A stretch of DNA of 61,121 nucleotides from a virus (lineage: Duplodnaviria; Caudoviricetes), in the IMG/VR virus record IMGVR_UViG_3300025848_000042, positions 1-61,121 of that record; one strand, 5' to 3'. Below the pieces are notes generated by a model that saw only the letters and a program-made list of their open reading frames with translations, searched no databases and had not been told where the DNA came from. The position numbers and the translations under genes were made by a program. Shown one piece after another: positions 1-12,030 of this stretch; position 1 is the first letter of the stretch, and the number at the start of each line of letters is the position of its first letter.

Positions 1-1
1 T

Positions 2-718
2 TTATATGTAAATTCTATTGGATCTGGAGAAACTGCAAAAATTATTATAACATTAGATGAGGGTTCATCAATTAAATCTGGTGGTGGTGGAGGTGCTAGA
101 GGTGCGGATGGTTGGACTGGTCCTAATGGACCTTGTTGGGTAAGAAGAACATATACTACAGGATCTAATTGTAACTGTGAATGGTATCCGAGTTGTGGAA
201 ATCCAGATAATCCTATTACAATTAATAATGTAACTTATAATTCTCGTGATGCAAGGAAAATAGGAGGAAATAACAGTAATGGCGGATGTGCTTGTTTTAT
301 TTGGTGTCGTAAAACTTGCATTAGTAAAACTGAGTGTGAAGTTTATGATCCAGTGAATATAGTTGGAGGTCCTGGTGGAACTGGTGGTAATGGTGGGTTA
401 GGGCAAGGTTATAATCAAACAAGGTCAGATTCAATTATAACACTGGATGCAACAAATGGTCCAACATCAGGAACTCTTGCAAGTTGTCCTACTTATGCAA
501 CAACTGGCGAGAATGGAAAAAAAGGTGGCAATGGTGCAGATTGGGCAAAACAAGGTGGAGGAACTACAAGAAATGATATTCAATCTATGTTAAATGCATA
601 TTACGTTGGACCTGCTTCTGCCTATTATGGTTCTGATGGTGGTAGTCCTGGAAGAGCAGTCACTGGATCTAATTATCAAATCAGTGGAAGAACCGATTTA
701 ATATTAGGCGCTAAATAA
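2..718 (+). CDS. 3' part of a Gly-rich virion structural/tail-fibre-like protein (5' truncated by the window)
   Basis: Frame is open from base 2 to TAA at 718. It has GGGGG, GGxGGxGG and GxxGxxG runs and a Cys-rich insert. Confidence 0.6.
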   Translation, partial: LYVNSIGSGETAKIIITLDEGSSIKSGGGGGARGADGWTGPNGPCWVRRTYTTGSNCNCEWYPSCGNPDNPITINNVTYNSRDARKIGGNNSNGGCACFIWCRKTCISKTECEVYDPVNIVGGPGGTGGNGGLGQGYNQTRSDSIITLDATNGPTSGTLASCPTYATTGENGKKGGNGADWAKQGGGTTRNDIQSMLNAYYVGPASAYYGSDGGSPGRAVTGSNYQISGRTDLILGAK

Positions 719-741
719 ACCAGTTATTTTTTAATTTATTC

Positions 742-1071
742 ATGGAAAAAAAATATCCTTCTTTGATTGAACAAGGTAAAAATTTATCTAAATTTACTTT
801 AGATGTAATTAAACACCTTAATAACACAGAAGGAAAAAACTTATTTGCAGACGACAATCTTTTTAACGAAAGGATGGAGATATGTAAAAAGTGTGACAAA
901 TATGATTCAGAACAACAAAGATGTTTTGAATGTGGATGTTTTTTAGAGACTAAAGCAAGAATTATCCTTGATAGTTGTCCACTGAACAAATGGACAGAAT
1001 CATTAGATGGTTGGGAAAAGGCATTTGAAGAAATGGTGATTGAAATAGAAGAAAATAATAAAGAGACTTGA
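742..1071 (+). CDS. Small Cys-rich protein, probably metal-binding
   Basis: ICKKC...CFECGCF...CPLNKW pattern, preceded by late-type CTAAATA at 711. Confidence 0.6.
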   Translation: MEKKYPSLIEQGKNLSKFTLDVIKHLNNTEGKNLFADDNLFNERMEICKKCDKYDSEQQRCFECGCFLETKARIILDSCPLNKWTESLDGWEKAFEEMVIEIEENNKET

Positions 1072-1218
1072 CATAAGTGCTCTAATACTGCTAGACTACC
1101 TTTGTCTCCTTTGAAGATGAGAGTTTAAGCTTATATAAGACACTTTAAGAACTGTCCACTTCATCCCCGAAAAGGGGATTTTTTATTGCTATAATATCAG
1201 GACAGTCAACCAAAGACC

Positions 1219-2445
1219 ATGATTCAACTTCGTCCTCACCAACAGAATGCCATTGATAAGATGAAGAAGTACTCTAAGGGTATTATCTGTGCAGTCACAG
1301 GTGCAGGTAAGACTCTGATTGGAATTTACGACTCTATCAAACAATTTGAACAGTATCAGAATCAAACTATTGTTGTAGTTTCACCAAGATTGATGCTTGC
1401 TAATCAGTTGTGTTCTGAATATATGGAGCACATTACCAATGCATCTGTATTTCATTGTCATAGTGGTGATACTTCTTATGAATCATCTACGAATGTAAAA
1501 ATCATTCGTAATTGGATTGAGAATACATCTGGACATAAGATTATCTTTACAACTTATCATTCACTTCATCGTTTGATTGAGGCAGATATCATGATTGATA
1601 CTGTTCATATGGATGAGGCACATAATTCTGTTCGTAAGGACTTTTTTCCGTATGTAGAAAAATTGTCAGAGATTTCCAATCGTTTCTACTCTTATACTGC
1701 AACTCCTAAGTATTCTACGAATCAAAAACCAGGAATGAATTGGAGTCATGTATATGGTCAGATGATTGTGAATATTTCTGGATCCGACATGGTATCTCAT
1801 GGTTTTATTGTTTCACCTAAGATCACAACAAAACAGATTGATTCAATTCGTGATAAGGAATTTGCCGCAGAGCGTGATTGTATGACTCTTCTGGATACGA
1901 TTCTGAATGAGGATAATATGCAGAAGGTTCTTGTGGCAGCACCAAACACTAAGGTATTGATTCGAATGCTTGCAGAAACAGATTTTATGACCGAAGTGCA
2001 ATCTTATGGTTATGATGTTCTGTGGGTGACATCAAAGTATGGTGCATTCATTAACAATCGTAAGGTGAATCGTGAAGAGTTCATGAATACTCTGAAAGTA
2101 TATGGTGCAGATCCAGAAAAGAAATTTATTATTCTTCATTATTCGATCCTATCAGAGGGTATTGATTGCCCAGGATTGACCTCCTGTGTGCTCATGAGGA
2201 ACCTCGACATCACGTCTATGGCGCAGACTATTGGGCGGGTGATTCGCCTCCATCCAGACGATTCTAGGCGCCTCTCAGAGGGTTCTCTGACTCCTGGACA
2301 GTTGGACAACTATCACAAACCTCATGGATTCATTCATGTTCCCGTGTATAATAACACTGGTATCTCAACTGCCCGACGACTTCAAAGTGTCTCTGACACG
2401 ATTTTTGTTCAGGGTCAACCTGTAGTTTCTACCATTACTAAGTGA
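1219..2445 (+). CDS. Superfamily 2 (DEAH-box) helicase
   Basis: LRPHQ Q-motif, Walker A TGAGKT, DEAH, TAT motif III, LSEGIDCP motif V, QTIGRVIR motif VI. Confidence 0.9.
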   Translation: MIQLRPHQQNAIDKMKKYSKGIICAVTGAGKTLIGIYDSIKQFEQYQNQTIVVVSPRLMLANQLCSEYMEHITNASVFHCHSGDTSYESSTNVKIIRNWIENTSGHKIIFTTYHSLHRLIEADIMIDTVHMDEAHNSVRKDFFPYVEKLSEISNRFYSYTATPKYSTNQKPGMNWSHVYGQMIVNISGSDMVSHGFIVSPKITTKQIDSIRDKEFAAERDCMTLLDTILNEDNMQKVLVAAPNTKVLIRMLAETDFMTEVQSYGYDVLWVTSKYGAFINNRKVNREEFMNTLKVYGADPEKKFIILHYSILSEGIDCPGLTSCVLMRNLDITSMAQTIGRVIRLHPDDSRRLSEGSLTPGQLDNYHKPHGFIHVPVYNNTGISTARRLQSVSDTIFVQGQPVVSTITK

Positions 2446-3806
2446 GTTTATTATGAAACATCGTGTAACATGCATGGTAAGTGGACAGACATTCTATGTG
2501 GAATGTTATGCTCGGGATCGCCAAGAAGCGATTCGGGTTGCTCTTGCTCAATATCCAAATGCCCGAGTAATGTCCTCTACGATTGTATTTTAATGAACAT
2601 TCAAAATGAAACTCTATTGAATCCTACTCCAGGAGATCCAAACGGATTTGTGAGTAAGGATATGGAATGGGCGGCAATTCCTTGTGGTAATAAGTATATT
2701 ATCGTCTATAAGGGACAACAGGTCCATACCGCAAACAATTATAAGACGGCAAAATCTTATATTGATAAGCAAATCAAGATATCAAGAAAGAAGGCAACAA
2801 CAAATTTGGAAAAATTTTTATGAGTCAAACATTTAAATGTACATCTGATACTCCTTATGATAGACACAACTACGAAGTTGTACTGAAAAATGGTAAAAAG
2901 TTATTTTTCAATGATTGGGAGGACGCTCAGGGATATTGGTTCGTGAATTCTCAAATTCCAGATTTTTTGGATTTTATTATTGTTAAAGATAAGAAAAAAA
3001 TAAAGAGTGAAGGATTTGCACGATAAATATTTTTATACATAGGGAACAGTCCTATGGGAACTCTACTTCTCACAACAATTCTATCCTGCAAACAGGTCAT
3101 AGAAATTTCAAATCGTCTGATTGATATTTCATTATTAAGTCCAAAACAAAAAATGGAAATTATCAATGAACTTCGTAAGACGGTTCCTTCTTGCCCGTTG
3201 ATTATCAAACCAAATAATTTAAAACAATGAATGCTTCTTATATCTACTTTATCATCTTCTTTTGTATTGGTTATTTGATTCTTACAGATTCTTCAATTGC
3301 AAGAGGATTTTATCTATTGACTCAATTAGTACAAGTTCAATATGAGAAGGTAAAGTGGTGGGCACTTCATTCACCAAGTAACTTTATTGTTCGTTGGTTA
3401 ATTCATAGAAGATCTATGAGACTTGCCGAAGAATTAATGAAAGAATTTGACGAAAAGAACAAAAAGGATTAAAATAGTAAAGTAATTGAGGATCGGATTA
3501 TGTCCAGAACCTGGCGCAAAATTGATTACATTGGTAAGTGTGCTCTTCGACATCCTAAAACATCAAACGAACGAAAGCACTTGATTGGAATTCTTCAGGA
3601 TAATCAGTATGAGGACTATCAAATTTCGGGGTTGAATCATCTTCATCATCGTCTTACCAATTGTCCGACTGCGAATTATGATCGTGTGGTTTCAGGATAT
3701 CTACAAGAAGATTATAAAATGATCTGAACCACTTCCCAAACCGTCACAGACCCTCTTGACTTTTGCTCAAGAGGGTTTTATAGTATGAGTATTCAAACAA
3801 CTTCAA

Positions 3807-4478
3807 ATGACTTTCACTGCGAAAATCAAAATTCAATACACCTCCAAGTGGGATTCTAAAGGTGGTATCTATGATAACGAAGAACTACCTGCTGAGAATG
3901 TTATCTTTGAGGTTCCTGCAGAAGACCTGAATACGGTTCAACTCTTCAAACTGTTTCATAACTTTATGCTTGCGATCGGGCATAATCAACGAGGAATTGA
4001 TAAGGGTGCAATGTCTCTTGTCTTCAATGAAATGCGTGATATTGAAGATATGCGTAAGGTTGCAGAGGAGTATGACCTCAAATTGCAAGAAGACCTTTCT
4101 GTGGATGAAAAGTGGAACGAACAGAATAAGGTTGAACCCAATCACTGGGAACATCGGTATTGGGAACTTCGTAGTAGCACTGGAAGACAAATCACTGATT
4201 TGAAAGCAAAACTTTCACGAGCATTAAATCCGAATAATCCTAATTATACAGAATCTGAAATTGAAGCAATGTGTGATGCTGCCGAAAAGGAAGAACTGCG
4301 AAAGAAACTTGAGAAAGCAAGTGTAGTGTGTTTTGATTGTGGTAAAAAATATGGAGAATATCACGATGGAGTATCATCGGTCTGGGAAGGAAAATGTAAT
4401 GTTTGTGGTGAAACCAAAAGCATTACCGAAAGTAGGGATTTTAACTATCTTATGAAAGGCATTCGGGAGTTGGGTTGA
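3807..4478 (+). CDS. Hypothetical protein with C-terminal zinc ribbon
   Basis: CFDCG...CNVCG near the C-terminus; follows an early module. Confidence 0.65.
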   Translation: MTFTAKIKIQYTSKWDSKGGIYDNEELPAENVIFEVPAEDLNTVQLFKLFHNFMLAIGHNQRGIDKGAMSLVFNEMRDIEDMRKVAEEYDLKLQEDLSVDEKWNEQNKVEPNHWEHRYWELRSSTGRQITDLKAKLSRALNPNNPNYTESEIEAMCDAAEKEELRKKLEKASVVCFDCGKKYGEYHDGVSSVWEGKCNVCGETKSITESRDFNYLMKGIRELG

Positions 4479-6795
4479 TGAAAGTAAACACTTATGTGAT
4501 AATGGAACGAGCAGTAGAAGAAGGTACTCGTCTGGGTTATAGGAGAGCATTCAAGCATAATGAAAATCCAACAGAAGGTGCAATCGTGGATGCAATTACA
4601 GAAGCAATTATGTTGAGTGTGAGTGAAGTATTTGTATTTCAAGAACAAGGAGATAGTTATTCGTGAAAATTCTTGATTGCACTAAAAAAGAAGATTATGG
4701 AGTGAATTATGTATTCACTCTACTCAAAGGTAAAAGACGGTCATTTCTTCAACTTGATTTGGGTTGGAATGAATATCCTTCTGGTGTTTATCTTCAAATT
4801 GCCTTTGGAAATAATCGGTTGATTGATATTCTGTTCTGGTGCTGGAAATTTTCTTTTGCATTAGAATTGTTAGGATTTACTTGGGTAAGATGGGATGAGT
4901 GAAGATATGCCGTGGGTTCTTGGATTGACTGATGAAGAAGTCCAAGAACTCCGTAAGAATAAGCAACAACTCACCGAGTATGGTAAAGAAAAACTGAGAA
5001 AACTTATGAATAACGAACCTACACAAAATGTAATTACTGCAAAAGTATCCAAAGAAGATTATCAAAAAGTTTTGGATGCTGCTAAACAAGGTATTGAAAA
5101 ATACAAACCAGCAATAGAGGAACTTGCAAAAGATGACTGAAAACTATCCTGATTATATGTTTGAAGAGGCAGCACGTAGAGAAGAATACAATAGAATATG
5201 GGCAGCAATAGATAAATTTATAAAATTATCTGACGAAAAATTTTTGGATGCTGCGAAAGAAGAGAAAGTTCTAAACATCGCAAAAAACATTATGGAGGAA
5301 AACAAAGAAGCATTCCAACATCTTGCTGCGATTGAAAGAAAGGAACTTGCAGAAAAAGATTTTGAAGACCTCACCAGAGAGCAAAAGATTCAACTTGCTC
5401 TGGAAGAGATTGATTGGATTGTGATTGGTGGTCAAGATGGTCAAGAGTTTTATGGTTCTATTCAGTTTCTTCGTAAAGTATTGAGGAGTTTGAAATGACT
5501 TATAAACTCAACCCAGAAGCAAAATCTTTCAGTTATACTCGTGAAGAATTATTTCAATGCGTAAAAAAGATTGTTGCCCATCCTCACACACATCTAACAT
5601 CTCATGATGAAGCAAGAGCATTAGCAATACTCTTGGTCTTTGATGATTATCTTGCTAATTTTACTCATAGAGATGGTGATGGAGAATATTATATTCCAGA
5701 GTGTGATGAATTGGACTTTTTGGATTTTGTAAGGTTCAAGTTGGGTATTAGTGATTATGATGGTGTTGATGTTGATGAGGTATTGAAATAATGGATAGTC
5801 ATCCTGTTTGTAATTATTGTGGTGGTAAAGGATGTGAGAAGTGTCACGGTGGATGGGAATGCACTGGAGAAGGTTGTAATAAATGTGAAATGGGTTGGGA
5901 ATTAGGACAACGACGGAGAGAAACTGATGAATTAGAGACATTATGATTGATAAACACATAGATTATGTAAAAGTATCACAACATCTTAAAGAATGGTATG
6001 GGTGTGATAGAATACTGATTGATTTTCTTGAACTTGAAGGAAAAATAGTAGTTCATAAACATTCTTTTCTTCCTGATGGAAAAATACGAATGGGACAAAA
6101 AACTTCTTATGATTATAGTTCTTTTGAAAACATTACTAAAAGGTTGGAAAAGTGAGTAGATTTACAGAAAACCCAGACGAAATTGTGCTCCAAGACATTC
6201 AAATGTTTCACCTGGAAAGTATGAATGAGAGGACACTTTGGATTGGTGTATATACAGAAGATGATAAAATCTATCACTTGAACATTTCTGCAGATGGTGA
6301 TAAACTGAAATACTATTGGAGTGATGAGACAGTTGAAAAACCGTCACAGGACATCGCACAGCATCCTCGTGATGCCCTATAATACTCTCATACACACAAA
6401 GGACTGATGGACTATCAAATCACCAAAGAAATCCGTATTCACCACGAAGATGGTTGGTTCTACGAATTCACCGATGATGGTGAAGGTTGCATTGAAATTG
6501 AGTATTATGAATTGATTGGAAATGTTGAAACCAAACAAGGAAGTTCTTTTTCCATTCCCAAAGATTGTATTCATCAATTTATTAGTGTTCTGGAGCAACT
6601 GAAATGACCGTCGCAGAATGGATTGAAAAACTCAAAGAGTTTCCACTTGACCAAGAAGTAAAAATAACTGATGGACACAAGTATCACTTTTACGAAGGTG
6701 ATTTTGACTTCCAACTCTTTGAGGATGTTGATGGTTCTACCTTTGTGGATATTGGTATTGGTGGATTTGAAGGAGATGAAGAATGAGGTTTCGTA

Positions 6796-7092
6796 ATGAA
6801 ATTTGAATTTTCGTTCGTGAAGAAAGGGGTGTTTGACCTTCCAGAAATCGATCATTGGGGTTTCACTCCCGAAGATAGTATCGAAATTCAACCACACTGG
6901 AAGATGGAGCATCTTGCCGTTGAAGCAGAACTGTTTCCGTCATTGGGACAAGCAAGAAAAAACGGTTGGTCTGGTGATATTCCACAAGGATACACAGAGA
7001 AAAAGAGAATTGGTAAAATGAAGAAGAGTATTTTTATTCATAATGCTCCTGATGATTTTATCAATGACCCAGAGTGGGGTAAGGACACTTGA
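6796..7092 (+). CDS. Hypothetical protein, possibly an S4-like RNA-binding fold
   Basis: LAVEAELFPSLGQARKNG...IGK loosely resembles the C-terminal S4 domain of TyrRS. Confidence 0.35.
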   Translation: MKFEFSFVKKGVFDLPEIDHWGFTPEDSIEIQPHWKMEHLAVEAELFPSLGQARKNGWSGDIPQGYTEKKRIGKMKKSIFIHNAPDDFINDPEWGKDT

Positions 7093-7160
7093 AAAACCGT
7101 CACACCAGGGCACCTATGAGTGCCCTTTATGGTCTATAATACTCTCATACACAACAAATC
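7083..7160 (+). promoter_or_regulatory. Early module copy
   Basis: GGACACTTGAAAAACCGTCACA, hairpin AGGGCAC/GTGCCCT, TATAAT 7135-7140. Near-identical to the copy at 23824. Confidence 0.85.
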
Positions 7161-7437
7161 CAAATGAACACTCTGGATATTATCAAGTTTTTTGTTCCAT
7201 ATGCCGATAAAAACGACAAGGGAGAAGTCATCAGTTTGAATATTCCTTGGGGGTTTTTTATTCTTGTAATTATTGCTTCTCTAATCTAATGAACTTCACT
7301 AAACGACAACTCATTCTTCTTCAAACAGCACTCACAGTTTTTTATGATGAAATTGCAAAGACGGCACCATCTAAAATGAAAACAGAAGTAATGGAAATCG
7401 CACAAATGGTTCAGGATTCTTATGAGGAGGCACCGGT

Positions 7438-7662
7438 ATGACTGACGAAAAAATGAAAGTATTCGTAGTGATTGAGGACTTTGATTCTGGTCCTGGATAT
7501 GCAAGTTATAACATTTGTGATATCTTTTTGACAGAAAAACAAGCAATTGAGGAGATGAACCGACTTATAAAAGAGTATGAAGATATTTGTGGAATGAAAA
7601 TGGAAGATATGCAGAGTTGGGAACAGTGTTCTTATCGTGTACTTGACTGGGAGGTAAAATGA
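7438..7662 (+). CDS. Hypothetical protein, paralog of 14401-14607
   Basis: Shared MKV.VV.ED.DSGPG.AS.NIC.IF...YEDICG. Confidence 0.75.
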   Translation: MTDEKMKVFVVIEDFDSGPGYASYNICDIFLTEKQAIEEMNRLIKEYEDICGMKMEDMQSWEQCSYRVLDWEVK

Positions 7663-7997
7663 CTGACGAACAACTGCTTGAAGAATACAATAAGGAGATA
7701 TTCGATTTTGACGGTTCGGGTCCATGGACAATGCTACAAATCCTTGCCCAGTCTCGTCAGTTTAGGGAGCATTCTAAAAACTATCGAGAAATTTATGCAA
7801 AGGCGCATCAACTGGGTTATGAAAGAGGGGTGGAAAAGGCAAAAAGAGATTATGTCAAACTTGACGACCTTCGCAAAATGACCATTCAAGAACTTGCAAA
7901 CCTTATTGGAGAGGACACCTGACCAACTGGCACACTGAGGCACCTCCGGGTGCCTTTTTTGATGTATAATAGTCCTATACAGAAAGGAGGAAGACCA

Positions 7998-8276
7998 ATT
8001 TCAGGAGGACACTTCAACGACAACGGGTACGTTTACTACAAAGTCGCACAATTTGCTGATGAACTTGAACACGAAATCAGCAACAATCATGTAAAAAATG
8101 AGTGGGGATACACACCCAATCATACCCGAGAAGTCATCGAGTATCTTAAAGAACAGATTCCTAAGATGCGTAAGATGGCAGAGATTATGCGTGCTTGCGA
8201 TTATTTGTATTCTGGTGACTACGGAGATGATTCTTTTATGGAAAGAGTTAACCAAATTAATGAGGATTATGACTGA
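7998..8276 (+). CDS. Hypothetical protein, probable ATT start (MSGGHF...)
   Basis: AGGAGG at 7985-7990 lies 7 nt before in-frame ATT. Upstream ATG/GTG codons fall inside the promoter. Confidence 0.55.
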   Translation: MSGGHFNDNGYVYYKVAQFADELEHEISNNHVKNEWGYTPNHTREVIEYLKEQIPKMRKMAEIMRACDYLYSGDYGDDSFMERVNQINEDYD

Positions 8277-8538
8277 CCTTCTCCAAAAATATAAAACCTG
8301 GACTTATAAACAAAACAGTAAATACTATAGTGAATATGATGAATGGTTTCAACCTCATTTCAGGTGGAACATTTTTGATGATAGGAATGATTGGCAACCA
8401 GAATGGTTGAGAGAGTATATGTATGGGTGGAGTGGAGTTAGTTATGCCTGGGAGTGTTGGAGTTATTGGATGAGAGATAAAAAGTATTCTTATGAACTAC
8501 CAAATGCTTTTTGGTTGGAACTGAATGGGAGTAGATGA
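8269..8538 (+). CDS. Trp/Tyr-rich small protein, paralog of 12031-12300
   Basis: Near-identical LLQKYKTWTYKQNSKYY...FWLELNG. Confidence 0.8.
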   Translation: MTDLLQKYKTWTYKQNSKYYSEYDEWFQPHFRWNIFDDRNDWQPEWLREYMYGWSGVSYAWECWSYWMRDKKYSYELPNAFWLELNGSR

Positions 8539-8879
8539 TGGACTTTCCTGTATTTCTAAACAAATGGGTGATTGGATTCAAACTAATTCGTTATACTCCG
8601 TTTTGGTTTTGGTTTCGTCTCATCAACCATTCTAATTGGAGAATGGACGACCACCAAAGATATTGGGACTTCTGGATGAGTATTAACAGAGGTTACGATG
8701 ATATGCAGTATCAATGGGAGTTTGAAAAAGTTTGGGGCAAAAACGCACAACCCGAAACAATTATTCTATCGCAAGAAAACTATGATGCTCTTGTTGAAAG
8801 ACTAAATGAACCACCCGATCCAAAAGTAGTTGAAAGATTGACTGAAATTTTACGAAAATCTGCTCCCTGGGACACCTGA
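8535..8879 (+). CDS. Trp-rich small protein, paralog of 12817-13155
   Basis: Shared MDFPVFLNKWVIGFK...YWDFWMSINRGY. Confidence 0.8.
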   Translation: MMDFPVFLNKWVIGFKLIRYTPFWFWFRLINHSNWRMDDHQRYWDFWMSINRGYDDMQYQWEFEKVWGKNAQPETIILSQENYDALVERLNEPPDPKVVERLTEILRKSAPWDT

Positions 8880-8950
8880 CCAACTGGCGCATCCCCCCAC
8901 CACAAGGGGGGATTTTTGCTGTATAATGATCTTATACACAAAAACTTTAA

Positions 8951-9169
8951 ATGACTGAACTTCGTTTATGTAAGGATTGTAAGCACTACAAGAAATCTTG
9001 GGTCGAACATCTTATTTTTGGTAGTGATGCAGACGATAAATGCCTTCATCCAGTATTGAGTGAAAATCTGGTGACTGGAAAAGTCAAAGGTGGTCGTTAT
9101 TGTACTTTTATGAGAATGTATGGTGGTGGATGTAGTGAAGAAGGTAAGTATTGGGAGGCACGAAAATGA
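8951..9169 (+). CDS. Cys-rich small protein, paralog of 13550-13771
   Basis: Shared C.DC..YKKSWVEHLIFGSDADDKC...GCSEEGKYWEARK. Confidence 0.8.
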   Translation: MTELRLCKDCKHYKKSWVEHLIFGSDADDKCLHPVLSENLVTGKVKGGRYCTFMRMYGGGCSEEGKYWEARK

Positions 9170-9330
9170 GTTCTTATATTTCGTGCTATAATCAGGAAAC
9201 ACGAGAACTGGAACACTACAAGGTTCCTTACGATGTTTCTGTGTATATCCAACAACTGGAATGTGAAATCAAGTATGGTTCTGGTGGTGTGAAAAGACTT
9301 TATCCTTTTAGATTTGGAGAGGAAGAATGA
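9166..9330 (+). CDS. 54-aa hypothetical protein, paralog of the ORF ending at 14423
   Basis: Shared YISCYN...ELEH.KVP..V..Y..QLE.EIKYG.GGVKR.Y.FRFGEE. Confidence 0.7.
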   Translation: MSSYISCYNQETRELEHYKVPYDVSVYIQQLECEIKYGSGGVKRLYPFRFGEEE

Positions 9331-9489
9331 TTGAAATGAGAATTGTTGAAATTGGTGATGGTTGCCGTCCAGAGTTTCAGTATCGGTATAAACTACCAGA
9401 AAATGAACAGTGGTTGGATTTTAAAGGTGATTGGGTTGAATGGAGTTATTGGGAAACTGCTCCTTATGTAAATTTGATGGAGATTGAAA

Positions 9490-9666
9490 ATGACTGAACC
9501 AACAGACACAGAAATCCTTGAGTTTCTACTCAATCAGTTCAAACCACATTCTCTCAAAATGAATGGTGAGAGTGATTGGGTGTTTATTAATAGTGGATTT
9601 CCTATGAATAGAGCAAAAGGTAAAAGTGCCCGTGATGCTGTGATTAATGCTATGGAGGCAAAATGA
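9490..9666 (+). CDS. Hypothetical protein, paralog of 17243-17422 and partly of 10044-10289
   Basis: Shared EPTDTEILEFLLNQFKPHSLKMNGESDW. Confidence 0.75.
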   Translation: MTEPTDTEILEFLLNQFKPHSLKMNGESDWVFINSGFPMNRAKGKSARDAVINAMEAK

Positions 9667-10820
9667 CTGATATAAAAACCAAAGCAGATAAAGTATTATC
9701 TGCTTATTATGATGACGAAGCACACGACCCTGCCTTCCACCTTACTGGTATTCTTCGTGAGGTGATTAATGTTCTTCAAGTGTCTCCTGGTGTGATTATG
9801 TGTGCTGATATGTTAGAATTATGTGAGGAACTTGAAAAATATGACTAACAAAAACAACTACAAACAAGGTGTTGGTATTTTTGAACTTCTTACAATTATC
9901 TTTGTTGTTCTCAAACTGACTGAAACAATTGATTGGACTTGGTGGCAGGTATTTTCTCCTTCTATTATTGCTCTCTCTGCTGGTTTTATTGAAGGTGTTA
10001 TTGAAGTTATTGTTGAGTATAGTCAAAAGAAAAAGGAGGAAAAATGAATAACGATTGGAAACCAACTGAACAGAACATAGGACAACCAGTATTGAAAGAA
10101 AACACTAAAAATTCTAACGAACCATCAGACACAGAAATTCTTGAGTTTCTGTTGAACCAATTTCAAATGCACTCTCCTAAAATGAACGGACAACATTCTT
10201 GGAGATTTATGAATGATTATTGTATGAAATTTGCAGTACCAAAGTTTCAAAATACTTTGAGAGTGCGACGAAAGCAAAGAAATATGTAAATCACATTCAT
10301 AATTCTGGTCTGGTGCAAGAATATGATTATGTTAGAATGGAAAAAACTTGGTGTTACCGAGAGCATCATCCGAAGCACAAATGGTTTTATATTTCGGAAA
10401 AACCTGATACCTTTATTTGTGTGGAAAAATACTAATGACTAAACTATCTATAGAAAAAATCAAAATAGAAAAAGTAAATGTTTCTGGTGAAGGCAAAGCA
10501 AAATTAAGTGGAGAATGGAAAGTAGAAACAGTAACAACAGATATTATAATTAATCCAAAGGTTTATAAGTATCTTGAAAGAAAACTGTGCAAAAAAATCA
10601 AACGCAGGATTCTTTATGAAATTTCTTGGTGGTCTTGCGAGAGTAGGAACACAAAATGTTTCTATAGTGCCCAAAAAATGAGGAAGTTTGTCAATGAACT
10701 TCATTCGTGGTATAATGATTATATTGAGATTGAGAAAACTTGGTGTTATAGGGAGTATTCACCAAGGCACAAGTGGTATTACATTTCCTTTGAACCAAAT
10801 CAGTTTGTTTGTGTAGAAAA

Positions 10821-10994
10821 ATGGTAAAATACAATCGTAAAATGAATTTTTGGGAGAAACTCTACGCATCTTGGTGGTGGATAGGACAAATCTTTGAAGA
10901 ATGGTGCTGGACTATGACTCACGATGATGGAGAGTTCTTCAACTATCTTCAAAGTGATTACTGCAAATACGAAGAAGATATGTATTATGACTAA
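10821..10994 (+). CDS. Trp-rich small protein, paralog of 18176-18352
   Basis: Shared KYNR.MN..EKL.A.W.W.G.IF.EWCWTMTHD. Confidence 0.75.
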   Translation: MVKYNRKMNFWEKLYASWWWIGQIFEEWCWTMTHDDGEFFNYLQSDYCKYEEDMYYD

Positions 10995-11760
10995 CCTCCT
11001 CCAACAATATACCCTTGAAGATTTCGTCAAGTGTCGTAATCAAAAAGAATGGGTTTGTGATAGATGTATGAAATGTGGTGATAGGGATTGTTGTTCTGGT
11101 AATCACATAATGTTTAGAGTTCCTAAAACTGATGACTGTCTTTGTTCTATTTGCTTGGGGGAACTAAAATGAAACCTTTCTATAAACTCAAACAGTTTTG
11201 GATACGAAGATATATGTGGAGGTGGTGTTTTGATTGGTGGTTTAGAGTAATGTATCCTCACATTTATTATAGTGAATATGATGAAAGGTATGAGGAATAT
11301 ATGAGTGTTGATGATATGTGGTGGTTTTGGGAGTATCTAAACAATCTTGGAGGAGTAAATGATGACTGATACCTGGAAAAAATGGAATATCTATACATCC
11401 ATCCATCTCTTTGAGTATTGTGTTTTCTCTTGGAGAAATCTGATGTGGATGCACCTTGACGGATTCAAAGATGAAGATAGAATGAGAGAACTATTCTGGT
11501 ATTATTTGAACTACGGGAATATCAATACTTATTATGAGTAAGGAAGAATACTACAAGTGGATAGAAGAAAACGATACATACCCAGAACATTCACATCAGT
11601 GGATTGTGAAAACTTATATTGATAATCAAATGTTCTATCGCAACTTCGGTCCATTTGAAACCAAAAAAGAAGCAAAAGAATGGATTGTAAACTATAAGAA
11701 AAAATATACAACCAAAGGATTTATTACAAGGTATAGTATTCAAGCATTATGTGAGGTATT

Positions 11761-11961
11761 ATGAATAAACTCAAAATACTCTGGAATAACAGAAGCACTT
11801 GGAGAAATGCTTTTGATGTTTGGTATATTCTAATGTTCCCTCATTTGTACTATACTAAATGGGTATGTGAGAATAATTTAATTGATGTGGAAGAGGATGC
11901 TTGGTGGTTTTATGAAGCACTGAATAATTATGGTAATATACATGATGATGAGGACACTTGA
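11761..11961 (+). CDS. Trp-rich small protein, paralog of 18345-18545 and related to 12297-12473
   Basis: MNKLKILWNNRSTWRNAFD...WWFYEALNN. Confidence 0.8.
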   Translation: MNKLKILWNNRSTWRNAFDVWYILMFPHLYYTKWVCENNLIDVEEDAWWFYEALNNYGNIHDDEDT

Positions 11962-12030
11962 AGAACCGTCACACCACTTCCCACAAGGGAGTGGTTTTGC
12001 CTTATAATACTCTCATAAGCAATCAAACCG

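Larger units (their letters stand above)
2593..7922 (+). other. Cluster of ~20 short hypothetical CDSs, mostly translationally coupled (e.g. 2593-2823, 2820-3026, 3227-3472, 3500-3727, 4475-4666, 4663-4902, 4895-5140, 5495-5791, 5943-6155, 6152-6382, 6407-6607, 6604-6786, 7659-7922)
   Basis: Dense + strand tiling with ATGA/GTGA overlaps and SD-like GGAG/GAGG. No family recognised. Confidence 0.7.
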
